This document shows positions 17,934 to 27,557 of a stretch of 62,718 nt of DNA, piece by piece. The first letter of the stretch is position 1. The number at the start of each line of letters is the position of its first letter. Source of the stretch: Gemmatimonadaceae bacterium (lineage in GTDB: Bacteria; Gemmatimonadota; Gemmatimonadetes; Gemmatimonadales; Gemmatimonadaceae); the NCBI GenBank assembly GCA_025934075.1, contig JAICYT010000001.1, positions 1 to 62,718 on the forward strand. The letters are read 5' to 3'. The notes under the pieces are model-generated. The model saw only the letters and a list, made by a program, of their open reading frames with translations, was not told where the DNA came from and did not search any database. The position numbers were made by a program, and so were the translations under genes.

Positions 17934-19988
17934 ATGCGCGCGCCAGAGCCGATGTACGCAACGGTCGGCGCCACGATTCCGGCCGGACCCGGGTGGACGT
18001 TCGAACAAAAGTACGACGGCATGCGCGTGATCGCGCTCGTGTCGTCGCGCGACGTCCGCCTCGTGACCCGCAACGGCCGCGACAAATCGACGCAATTCCC
18101 CGAGATCGTCGATGCCTTGCGTGCGCTCGCACGTCGTCTGCGGCGGCCGATCATTCTCGACGGCGAAGTCGTCGCGATTCGTCGCGGTGCGCCAGCACCG
18201 TTTCAGGCGCTCCAGTCGCGCATGCAACTCGAGGACTCCGAGCACATCGTCGAAAAAAGTAGCCGTGAACCGGCTTCGTTGGTCGTGTTCGACATCTTGC
18301 AGGATGGTCGAGCGAATCTGATGCGTGAGCCGTGGCGCGCCCGACGAGAACACTTGGAGCGCGTGGTCGAGCCAGGGGTTGATCCAAGAATACTCAGTAG
18401 CGAAAGTTCGCCAAACGGCCCACGCATGATTGCGCGCGCGCGGCGGCGCGCCTGGGAAGGCGTGATTGCCAAGCAAGTCGATGCGGTCTATGTGCCCGGC
18501 GCGCGATCGACAGCGTGGCTCAAGCTGAAGCTGCAGCATCGCGCCGAGTTCGTCGTTGGCGGGTACACAGAACCACGCCGGTCTCGACAGCACATCGGCG
18601 CATTGCTTCTTGGCTACTTCGATGCCGCCGGACACCTGTGCTATGTCGGACACATGGGCGGCGGCTTCAACCGAACGTCGCTAGCCGAAATGCTCGAGCG
18701 GCTCGAGCCGCTCGAGCGGCGGACGTCGCCATTCTTCGAGCAGTTCCCGACAAATGAGCCCTCGCACTGGGTACGACCCACTGTGGTCGTCGAAGTGAAG
18801 TTCGCCGAGTGGACAGCGGACGGAAAGTTGCGTCAACCGATCTTCCTTGGCGTACGCGATGACAAGAACGCGCGCGAGGTGCACAAGGAACGTGAAAGCA
18901 TCCAGCAATGGGCAGCGGAGGCCCCTGCCATGGCGACACGAGAACCAAGCGCCGTCAAGTCCGCCGACAGCGGCCGTCGGCGAGGCACAAAGCGTCGGCT
19001 GACTATCGCCGCGACCAATGCGCGCGGGCCAGCTGGCCCTGTTATCCGACAACTGGTCGAGATCGAATCAGCGGGCGGCGATGGCCTGCTCGAATTCGGA
19101 CGTGGCAAGTCGCTTCACGTCTCGAGCCTCGGCAAACCTTTCTTTCCAGAAACCGGAATCACCAAGGGCGACCTCATGCGCTATTACGCCCTGGTCGCTC
19201 CGTTCCTCCTTCCAATCATCAAGGATCGGCCGCTCATTCTCCGGCGATACCCAAATGGCATCGCGGGGTCCTCATTTTTTCAACAGAATGCGGGTGACAA
19301 CGTACCGGATGGCGTTCGAACGGCTCGAGTCAAGACCGGACAGGGCGAGCCGGCCGACCGGATCATCGGTGGTGATCTGATCACGCTGCTTTATATCGTG
19401 CAGATCGGAACGATTGCCGTGCACACATGGCAGTCGCGGATTCAAAGTGCGGGGTTCGCCGACACGACGACGATCGATCTCGATCCGGGAGAAGATGTTC
19501 CATTCAGCGCGGTGGTCACGCTTGCACGCGATATCAAGTCCGATCTGGATGAGCTCGAACTGAACGCGGGCATCAAGACGTCTGGTTCGAGCGGTCTGCA
19601 CATCGTTCTTCCGCTACCGGCGAAGACGACCTTCGACGACGCGGCACGAATCGCGCAGCGAATCGCCGAGCGCATTGCCGAGTCTCGGCCTCGGCAGGCG
19701 ACGATCGAGCGCAGACTGGACAAGCGGCCAGCCGGGAGCATCTATGTGGATGCTCAGCAAAACTCAGAAGGAAAGAGCGTTGTCGCCGCGTACTCCGTAC
19801 GAGAGCGCGAGAAGGCGCCGGTGTCGGCTCCGCTCGATTGGAGCGACCTGCGTTCGACCCTGCGTATCGACTCGTTTACATTGAAGACGATGCCGGAGCG
19901 AGTACAACGAGTTGGTGATTTGTGGGGCGTCGCGCTGAAGCGGCGCAACTCGAAGCGCGCGATCGAGCGCGTACTTCGTGGCGCGTAG
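17934..19988 (+). CDS. ligD: ATP-dependent DNA ligase LigD (N-terminal ligase domain plus C-terminal primase-polymerase domain)
   Basis: The adenylation motif EQKYDGMR places its Lys at 18009-18011. An OB-fold region follows. The C-terminal half (KPFFPETGITKGDLMRYY...RYPNG...FFQQN...SGSSGLHIV) matches LigD-Pol. No phosphoesterase module is visible. Confidence 0.9.
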   Translation: MRAPEPMYATVGATIPAGPGWTFEQKYDGMRVIALVSSRDVRLVTRNGRDKSTQFPEIVDALRALARRLRRPIILDGEVVAIRRGAPAPFQALQSRMQLEDSEHIVEKSSREPASLVVFDILQDGRANLMREPWRARREHLERVVEPGVDPRILSSESSPNGPRMIARARRRAWEGVIAKQVDAVYVPGARSTAWLKLKLQHRAEFVVGGYTEPRRSRQHIGALLLGYFDAAGHLCYVGHMGGGFNRTSLAEMLERLEPLERRTSPFFEQFPTNEPSHWVRPTVVVEVKFAEWTADGKLRQPIFLGVRDDKNAREVHKERESIQQWAAEAPAMATREPSAVKSADSGRRRGTKRRLTIAATNARGPAGPVIRQLVEIESAGGDGLLEFGRGKSLHVSSLGKPFFPETGITKGDLMRYYALVAPFLLPIIKDRPLILRRYPNGIAGSSFFQQNAGDNVPDGVRTARVKTGQGEPADRIIGGDLITLLYIVQIGTIAVHTWQSRIQSAGFADTTTIDLDPGEDVPFSAVVTLARDIKSDLDELELNAGIKTSGSSGLHIVLPLPAKTTFDDAARIAQRIAERIAESRPRQATIERRLDKRPAGSIYVDAQQNSEGKSVVAAYSVREREKAPVSAPLDWSDLRSTLRIDSFTLKTMPERVQRVGDLWGVALKRRNSKRAIERVLRGA

Positions 19989-20008
19989 AGCGGCCGGAGG
20001 AAAGAGCG

Positions 20009-20299
20009 ATGGAACGATCGCTTCACGACAATACAGCGCCAGTGTACCGACGGGACTTGCCGGGCGGTGGGTATGTTGCGATCGACATCAAGCGCGAACC
20101 GGAGTTCGCACGGACGCGGGTGTCCGTCGAGCGACGATCCAAGGACGAGCGTCGCGACGGGCATCGGCCGGTCGTGATCGCTGAAGTCGACGGTGACGAG
20201 CGCTCGCCTGGATTTGCGGAGCTGTATCGAATCGCGGCGGACAACGCGGCCATCGCGCGTGCGCTGCTGCAGATCGAAGGCCCGCAGCGAGCCGACTGA
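20009..20299 (+). CDS. Hypothetical protein
   Basis: 96 aa from ATG 20009, with GGAGG 9 nt upstream. No family recognised. Confidence 0.45.
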   Translation: MERSLHDNTAPVYRRDLPGGGYVAIDIKREPEFARTRVSVERRSKDERRDGHRPVVIAEVDGDERSPGFAELYRIAADNAAIARALLQIEGPQRAD

Positions 20300-20326
20300 C
20301 AACGCTGCCAGCGATACCGGCCGAGG

Positions 20327-21016
20327 CTAGCCCAGCAGGTCGAAACGAACACCCCGTCGCTGACGGCGTCGTCGTGGCGGGGCGTAGCGGAATAGCTGGG
20401 CAGGCCGGCCGCGTCCTTCGCTTCGCCATTCGTCGGTAGCTTCGACGAGTGCTGCGGCATGAAGCGATCGCCGAAAGCTTGCCTTGTGCAGCCGGCGTCC
20501 CAACAGCAGCTCGTACACGGCCTGCAGGTCGCTCAGCGTAAAGGTCGCAGGAAGCAGGCGGAATGCGACCGGAAGCCGGTCGATGTGGCCGCGTAGTGTC
20601 GAGAGTGCGACGTCAATTTCTTCTTTGGCGCGGGCCGGAATTGCTGGAAGGCTCGAAATACCGAACCACGCGCCGCCGCGCCTGGCTGCGCTGGCGTCGT
20701 GAGTCAATCCGAAGTACGCGACGCCGACCTGCGTCACCCCGGCCGCGCGTCGCGGCCCGCCGTGCGCTCGCGACTGTTCAAGGAGGGGCGGCGCTATGCC
20801 CAGCGCGTCTTTCGCGACCCGACCCGCGGCGGCATCGAGAGTTTCGTCATTACGAATCCCGTCGGAGGGCAGGCTCCAGCGGTTTCGGCTGCGGGCGCTC
20901 GACGGTGAAACCAACAAGATGGCGAGCTCGTTGCCGCGCGGCGCGAAGAGAGCGACATCGACGCTACAGGTAACTTGACGCGTCGTGGCGCGCGCGACGG
21001 AAGATGAATCGGGCAT
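20327..21016 (-). CDS. NrtR-like regulator (degenerate Nudix domain plus C-terminal winged helix)
   Basis: The C-terminus LLPATFTLSDLQAVYELLLGRRLHKASFRRSL...GRGRPAQLFRY matches the NrtR wHTH signature. The Nudix-box region LPSDGIRNDETLDAAAGRVAKDALG lacks the REx2EE catalytic residues. Confidence 0.75.
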   Translation of the reverse strand: MPDSSSVARATTRQVTCSVDVALFAPRGNELAILLVSPSSARSRNRWSLPSDGIRNDETLDAAAGRVAKDALGIAPPLLEQSRAHGGPRRAAGVTQVGVAYFGLTHDASAARRGGAWFGISSLPAIPARAKEEIDVALSTLRGHIDRLPVAFRLLPATFTLSDLQAVYELLLGRRLHKASFRRSLHAAALVEATDEWRSEGRGRPAQLFRYAPPRRRRQRRGVRFDLLG

Positions 21017-21071
21017 CGCACGCGAATTAGTATTAGAGTGCTAATAAAATCAAGTCGACAGCTTCGCGCTG

Positions 21072-22961
21072 TTACGGCGACGGCGACGGCGCGCGGGGTG
21101 TCGGAGCGCGATCCATTCCAGTTCCGAATCGGAGCAGTGGAGGAATACTGATGGGCAGTCGTCCGCTGATGGCCGCGGCCCCAACCAGAGCACGTCCCGC
21201 GGCCGCCTGAGAAACCGGGAAGCCACCCCAGCCGACGAGATAGCTCGAAGCGGCGGGCACTTGCTGCAGCAAGTATGGATTCCCGAATGCCACCACGATT
21301 GTGCGCGGATGCCGCTGCACCAGATCCCGCATGAACTGGGCGATCGGCTCGGGTGCGCTGGGGTTCGACACATTCGTGCCGGTGGTGAGATACGAGCCAA
21401 TGATCGCGATGTCAGACGAATCCGCGAGCGACAGCAAACGCGCGAAGTCGGGCGAAGGATCCTCCGGGTTCACCAACTCGGCCCGAAGCGTAGGCACCAC
21501 ACGTCGTAACTCTGCGTTGAACGTCGCGCCGGCTGGAAGATCGGTGCGTGTCGCGACTGTGATGGACAGCACGCGCGGTGGTTGCGCCATCCCTGGACGG
21601 ACCAGCGGCATGAGACTGAGCGAATCCTTGGCTAGAGTGATCGCGCGCTCCGCCGCTTGTGAAGCGATGGCGAGGTTCGCGGTATCACCAACGAGTGCGC
21701 GTACACTGTCGAGATCAACCAGACGACGGCGATCGAGGCCCAGGCGTTGTTTGATCTCGAGCACGCGACGCACGGACGAGTCCACGCGGGCCTGCGTGAA
21801 GCGTCCCTCTCGCACACCCGCGACAACAGCGTCGATCGCTCCCGGCACGTCGCTCGGCATCAGCAGGATGTCGGCGCCAGCAGCAATGGCGAGTTTGCAT
21901 GCCTCCGCGATGCCTACACTGTTGTTGATGGTGCCGTAGCTGCCTTGCACAGGCTGGCCTGGCTTCGCTGTCTGTCCGACCGTTACACGCGACAGCACGC
22001 CATTCATGTCCATGGCGTCGGTGATCAGCAGTCCATTGAATCCGAGTTGTTTCCGCAGGAGCCCGGTCATGATCGCCGGGTTCAGCGTCGCGGGGATTGG
22101 TGTCGTGTCGAGAGAAGGGATGATGCCGTGGAACGTCATCATGCCCTCGAGGCCGGCAGCGATGGCGCGGCGAAACGGAACCAGCTCCACCGTATCGATA
22201 CGCGCCCGACTCGCATGCACCGTGGTGATGGTGAGATGAGAATTCTCATCGGTGTCGCCGTGACCGGGGAAATGCTTTCCGGTCGCCACCATCCCGTGCT
22301 CTTGGAGGCCATGGATCAGTGCTGCGCCCATGCTGGCCACGAGGTGCGGATCCTCCCCGAACGAGCGCATGCCAATGACCGGATTGCCCGGATTGTTGTT
22401 GACGTCGAGGACCGGGGCAAAAGCGATGTGCACGCCGAGTGCTCTCCCCTCGATCGCGGTGACGCGTCCTTGCTGGTAGGCGAGCGATGTGTCACGCGTG
22501 GCGCCGAGGGCCATCTGCGGTGGAAACATCGTCCCGCCGCCCAAATAGATATTGTTGGGGAGGAAGTACCCTCCGCGTTGGCGAAATGCGACGCCAGTCT
22601 CGTAGTCGGCGCCAAATACTAACGGTAGAGAGCTCAATCGCTGCATCGCGTTGATCTTGTCGGCGGTTTCGATGGGCGAACCGATCGACATGATGAAGCC
22701 GCCGACATGATTGTCGCGGATGAGCTGATCAACTCGCGTCCAAGAGCTGCTCGATGTCGGCGTGTAGTCGCCAAAGACCTGAGGCCAGACGAGTTGGGCG
22801 GCCTTATCGCGCGGCGACATGGTCGCCATGAGCGAATCGACCCAGGGCACGCGCGGCGCGGCGTTGGGGATGGGTCGCGCCGCGATCGTCGATGGCGACG
22901 TGCATGCGGTGACGAGCGCGATCACCGTGATGGTGCGGCCGGCATGATGCAGCAACCGCAT
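21072..22961 (-). CDS. Glycoside hydrolase family 3 (beta-N-acetylhexosaminidase/beta-glucosidase-like), secreted
   Basis: GH3 motifs (KHFPGHGDT, GLLITDAMDM). The start is taken at ATG 22959-22961 (MRLLHHAGRTITVIALVTAC, a signal/lipobox). The longer ORF to 23249 overlaps yggX. Confidence 0.85.
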   Translation of the reverse strand: MRLLHHAGRTITVIALVTACTSPSTIAARPIPNAAPRVPWVDSLMATMSPRDKAAQLVWPQVFGDYTPTSSSSWTRVDQLIRDNHVGGFIMSIGSPIETADKINAMQRLSSLPLVFGADYETGVAFRQRGGYFLPNNIYLGGGTMFPPQMALGATRDTSLAYQQGRVTAIEGRALGVHIAFAPVLDVNNNPGNPVIGMRSFGEDPHLVASMGAALIHGLQEHGMVATGKHFPGHGDTDENSHLTITTVHASRARIDTVELVPFRRAIAAGLEGMMTFHGIIPSLDTTPIPATLNPAIMTGLLRKQLGFNGLLITDAMDMNGVLSRVTVGQTAKPGQPVQGSYGTINNSVGIAEACKLAIAAGADILLMPSDVPGAIDAVVAGVREGRFTQARVDSSVRRVLEIKQRLGLDRRRLVDLDSVRALVGDTANLAIASQAAERAITLAKDSLSLMPLVRPGMAQPPRVLSITVATRTDLPAGATFNAELRRVVPTLRAELVNPEDPSPDFARLLSLADSSDIAIIGSYLTTGTNVSNPSAPEPIAQFMRDLVQRHPRTIVVAFGNPYLLQQVPAASSYLVGWGGFPVSQAAAGRALVGAAAISGRLPISIPPLLRFGTGMDRAPTPRAPSPSP

Positions 22962-22984
22962 CGCGCGTGGCGACGTCACTGATG

Positions 22985-23263
22985 TCACCACTGAATGGTT
23001 CCTTTCTTTGACGTGTCGACGTCCTCTTCGGCGCCGGACTTGAAGAGAAACGCCTCCATGTTCTGCTTGAGAAAGCTGCGCGCCTGCGGATCCATCACGT
23101 TGAGGCCGTAATGATTGATCAGCATCGTCTGCTGACGTAGCCACAGCCCCCAGCAGTCCTGGCAAATATTTGCGACGATCCGTTGGCCGATCGAGCCGGG
23201 GAACGGTGGTCGTTCGAAACCGGGTTTCGTTTGGCCGCAACGACTGCACGTGATGTCAGGCAT
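22985..23263 (-). CDS. yggX: Fe(2+)-trafficking / oxidative-damage protection protein YggX
   Basis: MPDITCSRCGQTKPGFERPPFPG..G..I...IC..CW..W...QTMLINHYGLN is the YggX signature. Confidence 0.85.
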   Translation of the reverse strand: MPDITCSRCGQTKPGFERPPFPGSIGQRIVANICQDCWGLWLRQQTMLINHYGLNVMDPQARSFLKQNMEAFLFKSGAEEDVDTSKKGTIQW

Positions 23264-23319
23264 AGGCTCCTCGGTGCATGTCGAAATTTAGTGGCGTCGC
23301 CAGGGAGCGTGCGCAAAAT

Positions 23320-23355
23320 GAACGAAGGGTCAGCCACTGAGCTGACCCTTCGTTC
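23320..23355 (-). terminator. Hairpin downstream of the desaturase gene
   Basis: GAACGAAGGGTCAGC-cactga-GCTGACCCTTCGTTC forms a 15-bp perfect stem. On the - strand it is followed by CATTTTG. Confidence 0.55.
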
Positions 23356-23376
23356 CAGCATTCACATTGCGAGCTC

Positions 23377-24129
23377 TTAGTGGCCGCGCGCGTAATCAAC
23401 TTTGGCGAGTCGGAAGAACTGCAGGATTCGGATGTACACCCAGCCGATATCGAACTCGAACCAGCGGGCCGCAAAGCGCGCTGACTTGGGGTCGGCGTGA
23501 TGGTTGTTGTGCAGCTCTTCGCCGCCGAGCCAGATGGCGATGGGCGTGATGTTGCGGCTCTCGTCTTTCACTTCGTAGTTGCGGTATCCCAGTGCGTGAC
23601 CGACGCCGTTGACGATGCCGGCGGCCCAGAACGGGATCCATAGCATCTGCACGCCCCAAACGACCGGGCCGACGAAGAAACCAAAGAGATAGATGTCGAG
23701 GGCGAGCATCACGAGAATGCCGACCCAGTTCAAGCGGCTCAAAAGGTGTCGCTCGATCCAATCGTTCGGCGTGCCCTTCCCGTATTTCTCGAGCATTCCA
23801 GGTTGGCGAACGGCGCGGCGATAGTAGAACGCGCCCTTGAAGACGATGTTCCGCAGGCCTTCGATCAAGGGGCTATGGGGATCGCCTTCGCGATCGGCGA
23901 ATGCGTGATGTTTGCGATGGCAGGCTACCCACTCCTTCGTCACGATCGCGGTGGTGAGCCAGAGCCACAGCCGCATTGGAAGTGCGGCGAGATAGTGCAG
24001 TCGGACGCCACGGTGCGTTTGCGCCCGATGAAGGAACAACGTGACGCAGACATTGGTCAGATGGCCCGCAATGACCACGAACAACACGGGCATCCACCAT
24101 CGAGCTGCCCAGAGGCCAAACCCTGGCAT
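23377..24129 (-). CDS. Membrane fatty-acid (acyl-CoA/acyl-lipid delta-9-type) desaturase
   Basis: Three His boxes (HRAQTH, HRKHH, HNNHH) and hydrophobic TM segments. Confidence 0.85.
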   Translation of the reverse strand: MPGFGLWAARWWMPVLFVVIAGHLTNVCVTLFLHRAQTHRGVRLHYLAALPMRLWLWLTTAIVTKEWVACHRKHHAFADREGDPHSPLIEGLRNIVFKGAFYYRRAVRQPGMLEKYGKGTPNDWIERHLLSRLNWVGILVMLALDIYLFGFFVGPVVWGVQMLWIPFWAAGIVNGVGHALGYRNYEVKDESRNITPIAIWLGGEELHNNHHADPKSARFAARWFEFDIGWVYIRILQFFRLAKVDYARGH

Positions 24130-24232
24130 TGCTTACTCCACAGATCGTAAGAAGAGAACGTCCAAGAGATGTTCAATCTAAGCGGCCGCTCCGGCCGCTG
24201 CCACACGGACGACTCGCGGCATTGACAGGCCA

Positions 24233-26284
24233 CTATCTCTTGACCGGGCTTGGCGGTATAGGTGGAACGACGCCTCCACCCGTCGAGACCGCCTGACGAT
24301 CCATCGGTGGCGCATCGCCCCAGATGTCGTTCGTCGCATTCCAATCAGGAACGTTCGGGTCCGGCCAGAGCCGCACGCCAACCACTGGTCGACTGACAGG
24401 CACCGATGCCGTATAGCGATCGCCGTGCGCCCAGATCTCGACGGGGAGCCGCACGTCGTGCGTCGATTGATCATTGAGCTTGAGACGAAGCGTCACGGGA
24501 AACGGAATGTGCGTGACGCGACGAAGATGGATTTCCGCGACACTTTGACCGGGCGACAGTCGCATGGAGACGCCATCGACGGCAATGTCGAGCACATCGG
24601 TGCCATAGAAAAATGCGTTCCAGAACCAGGAGAGATCTTCGCCCGACACGCTCTCGACCGTGCGGAAGAAATCGGCCGGCGTCGGATGCTTGAACGCCCA
24701 CCGATGCGCATACTCGCGCATCGCGCGATCCATCGCATCGCGTCCAATCACGTTGTCGCGAAGCGCGAGCAAGACCGCGCCAGGCTTTCGATAACCAATG
24801 GCGCCCAGCCCGTTCGGGTCGATGCGATCAGGCGGTGTCATGAGCGGCGATTGCGTCCCCGCTTCGACCGACTGACGCCAGTTGGCGACGTATTCAGGGA
24901 ACGCGTTGGTGCCCGGCGCGCGCCGCTCGTTCGAGAAGGCGTTTTGATAGGTGTTGAAGCCTTCATCCATCCAGGCATATCGACGCTCGTTCGAGCCCAC
25001 GACCATCGGGAACCACTCGTGTCCTTGCTCGTGATCGACGGTGCCGAAGATCGACGTCGGGTCGGTCGTCCCGTAGTGCACCATCACGAACATCGGGTAC
25101 TCCATTCCGCCGACCGGCCCGGCGACCGACGTCGCTTGCGGATACGGGAAGTGAAACCAGAGCTCCGAGTACGTGCGGATCGACCACTGTGTCTGCTCGG
25201 CCGCCGACTCCCAGGCGCGACCCGCTTTAGGAAACTGATATAGAGCCTGCGTGAGCACGCCGTCCCAACTGGTGGCGTCCCACCGGAAATCGGGGGCCGC
25301 CGCCCACGCAACGTCGCGCACATGTTCGGCGCGGAACCGCCACGTCTTGGTACCGGGCATCGCGTTCCGCTTCGCCGCACTGGCCTCCGCGGCGGTGATG
25401 ACCTGTACGACCGTGGAAGAGTGTGCGGCGCGGTCCAATCGCTCGGTTTGAGATGGTGAAAGAACCTCGGCGCGATTCTGGAGCACTCCACTTCCAGCGA
25501 CGACGTATCCCGCGGGGACCGTCACGGAATAATCGATGTCTCCGTATTCGAGATAGAACTCCCCTTGCCCGAGATATGGATCCGTATTCCATCCACGCAC
25601 GTCATCGTAGACGGCCATGCGCGGGTACCATTGCGCGATTTCGTAGAGCGTGCTGTCCCGGCCCATGCGATCGGACCCGTGCTCCGGGACGACGAACGCG
25701 TACTGCATCCCGATGGAGAGCGTTGCGCCGTGGGGGGCGAGCGGCGCATCGAGATCGATGCGCATCATCGTATCATCGATTTTCCCGACGACGCCACGAC
25801 CGTTGACCTGCAGGCCCGTGATATCGTAGCCGCCCTGAAAGCCGCGGACGCCCCAGCGTGAATCGGCGGGAAACATCGCCGAACCTTTGCTGAGATTCCG
25901 GTACAGATTTTGGTCCAACTGCAACCAAACGAACCGGAGGGTGTCTGGCGAATTGTTTGTATAGCGAATGCTGACGGTCCCTCGAATTCGTTTCGTGGCC
26001 GTGTCGAGCGTCGCCGTGATGGTGTAATCAGCGCGTTGCTGCCAGTACTCCGGCCCGGGCGCTCCACTCGCCGTGCGATAGGCGTTCGGTCCGGGCCACT
26101 CGAGTCGATCGATGCGGTGAAACGGATCATCGTTCGTCGTGAAGACCGGCCGCGTCACGGTAATGGTCGGCGGCGGGGTCACAACGTGGGCCGTGTCCAT
26201 TCGGACGGGAGTAACTACCTGCGGTCCACGGCCGATGCAGCCGGCGGCACAGGCGAGCATGGCAATGGCGGCAAAGCGTTGCAC
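24233..26284 (-). CDS. M1-family zinc metallopeptidase (aminopeptidase N-like), lipoprotein/secreted
   Basis: HEQGHEWF...WMDEGFNTY gives HExxH-x18-E. The start is taken at GTG 26282-26284 (VQRFAAIAMLACAAGC, a lipobox). The ORF is open to 26671 but would then overlap the divergent reductase gene. Confidence 0.8.
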   Translation of the reverse strand: MQRFAAIAMLACAAGCIGRGPQVVTPVRMDTAHVVTPPPTITVTRPVFTTNDDPFHRIDRLEWPGPNAYRTASGAPGPEYWQQRADYTITATLDTATKRIRGTVSIRYTNNSPDTLRFVWLQLDQNLYRNLSKGSAMFPADSRWGVRGFQGGYDITGLQVNGRGVVGKIDDTMMRIDLDAPLAPHGATLSIGMQYAFVVPEHGSDRMGRDSTLYEIAQWYPRMAVYDDVRGWNTDPYLGQGEFYLEYGDIDYSVTVPAGYVVAGSGVLQNRAEVLSPSQTERLDRAAHSSTVVQVITAAEASAAKRNAMPGTKTWRFRAEHVRDVAWAAAPDFRWDATSWDGVLTQALYQFPKAGRAWESAAEQTQWSIRTYSELWFHFPYPQATSVAGPVGGMEYPMFVMVHYGTTDPTSIFGTVDHEQGHEWFPMVVGSNERRYAWMDEGFNTYQNAFSNERRAPGTNAFPEYVANWRQSVEAGTQSPLMTPPDRIDPNGLGAIGYRKPGAVLLALRDNVIGRDAMDRAMREYAHRWAFKHPTPADFFRTVESVSGEDLSWFWNAFFYGTDVLDIAVDGVSMRLSPGQSVAEIHLRRVTHIPFPVTLRLKLNDQSTHDVRLPVEIWAHGDRYTASVPVSRPVVGVRLWPDPNVPDWNATNDIWGDAPPMDRQAVSTGGGVVPPIPPSPVKR

Positions 26285-26396
26285 GCGACGGTTCCTCGGC
26301 GCTGGAATTGGAGCCAACCTATGACGGGTCCAGCAATGGCAATGCCGAGATCCGCCTTGTAACACGAGACACCTTACCGTAAGTCTGACCCTACAA

Positions 26397-27530
26397 ATGA
26401 ATAGCCGACCCCGCGGGTCCAAGCCGGTTGCGTCAAGCGGTGACCAGACGCTGCTTCGCGCGAGCGATGCTGGGACCGCGGGTTTCTGCCAGGATTTTGA
26501 AACCCAGTTCGCCAAGGAATTCTTCCGCCCGACATCATTCGGGCCGATCGCATCATCGATCGGAATCGGAACGTACCTGGGCGAGGCAACCAGTCGAGAC
26601 GACGCCGCATACGAGACTACGATTCGGGCCGCGGTGAAGTGCGGCGTCAACGTCATCGACACGGCGATCAACTATCGGGGGCAACGTTCGGAGCACGCGG
26701 TTGGGTCGGCGATTCAAGAACTGATCGCCGCGCGAGCAGCGTCACGCGATGAGCTCATCGTGTGCTCCAAGGGCGGATATATCCCGCTCGGACGCGAGGC
26801 GCCAGCGACACGCGAAGAGTATCACGCGTACGTCAAACGAGAATTCATCGACCAAGAAGTCCTTCGTCCCGAGGACATTGTCGCCGGCGGTCACAGCTTG
26901 GCACCTCGTTTCCTGCGCTACTGTCTCGCCAAGAGCCGGCAGAACCTGGGTCTGCGCACGATCGACGTCTACTACGTCCACAATCCGGGTCAGCAACTAG
27001 CGGGGATTTCGCGGGACGAGCTCCTGGCACGTCTTCGTGCGGCGTTCGCGATGCTCGAGGAGGCGGCGACACGCGGGGAGATCGGCGCCTACGGTTGCGC
27101 GACGTGGGATTCGTTGCGCGTCCCTCCTGGGCACAAGGCGCATCTCGCGCTTGAGGACATCGTCGCGATCGCACAGGAGCTGGCGGGCGACGCGCATCAC
27201 TGCCGAGCGGTGCAGCTTCCGATCAGTCTCGCCATGCCCGAGGCCGCGCGCGACGCCACGCAGCCGCTCAAGGGAACGCTCGCGACCGCGCTCGATGCCG
27301 CGGCGGCTTTGGGGCTCACCGTGGTTGCGAGTGCTCCGCTCATGCAAGCCAAGCTGACGACGGGCTTGCCGGCTGCGCTCCGTATTCCCTTCCCTCGATG
27401 CACGACAGACGCCCAGCGCGCCATCGAGTTCGTGCGGTCGATGCCTGGCGTCACGACGGTGCTTGTCGGAATGAAACGCGTCGAGCACGTGGATGAAAAC
27501 CTGGCCGGCGTGCGGCTCGGCAAAAGCTGA
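26397..27530 (+). CDS. Aldo/keto reductase
   Basis: IGIGTYLG...GVNVIDTAINYRGQRSEHAVG...IDVYYVHNP are AKR motifs. Confidence 0.85.
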   Translation: MNSRPRGSKPVASSGDQTLLRASDAGTAGFCQDFETQFAKEFFRPTSFGPIASSIGIGTYLGEATSRDDAAYETTIRAAVKCGVNVIDTAINYRGQRSEHAVGSAIQELIAARAASRDELIVCSKGGYIPLGREAPATREEYHAYVKREFIDQEVLRPEDIVAGGHSLAPRFLRYCLAKSRQNLGLRTIDVYYVHNPGQQLAGISRDELLARLRAAFAMLEEAATRGEIGAYGCATWDSLRVPPGHKAHLALEDIVAIAQELAGDAHHCRAVQLPISLAMPEAARDATQPLKGTLATALDAAAALGLTVVASAPLMQAKLTTGLPAALRIPFPRCTTDAQRAIEFVRSMPGVTTVLVGMKRVEHVDENLAGVRLGKS

Positions 27531-27557
27531 CGGCGCCGCGCTTGCCACGGATCGCGC

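Noticed and set aside
22962-23249. N-terminal extension of the GH3 ORF (track ORF 21072-23249)
   Set aside because: The extension overlaps the well-supported yggX gene in another frame. The internal ATG at 22961 gives a proper signal/lipobox N-terminus.
26285-26671. N-terminal extension of the first M1 peptidase ORF
   Set aside because: The extension has no peptidase homology and would overlap the divergent aldo/keto reductase start. GTG 26284 yields a lipoprotein signal.
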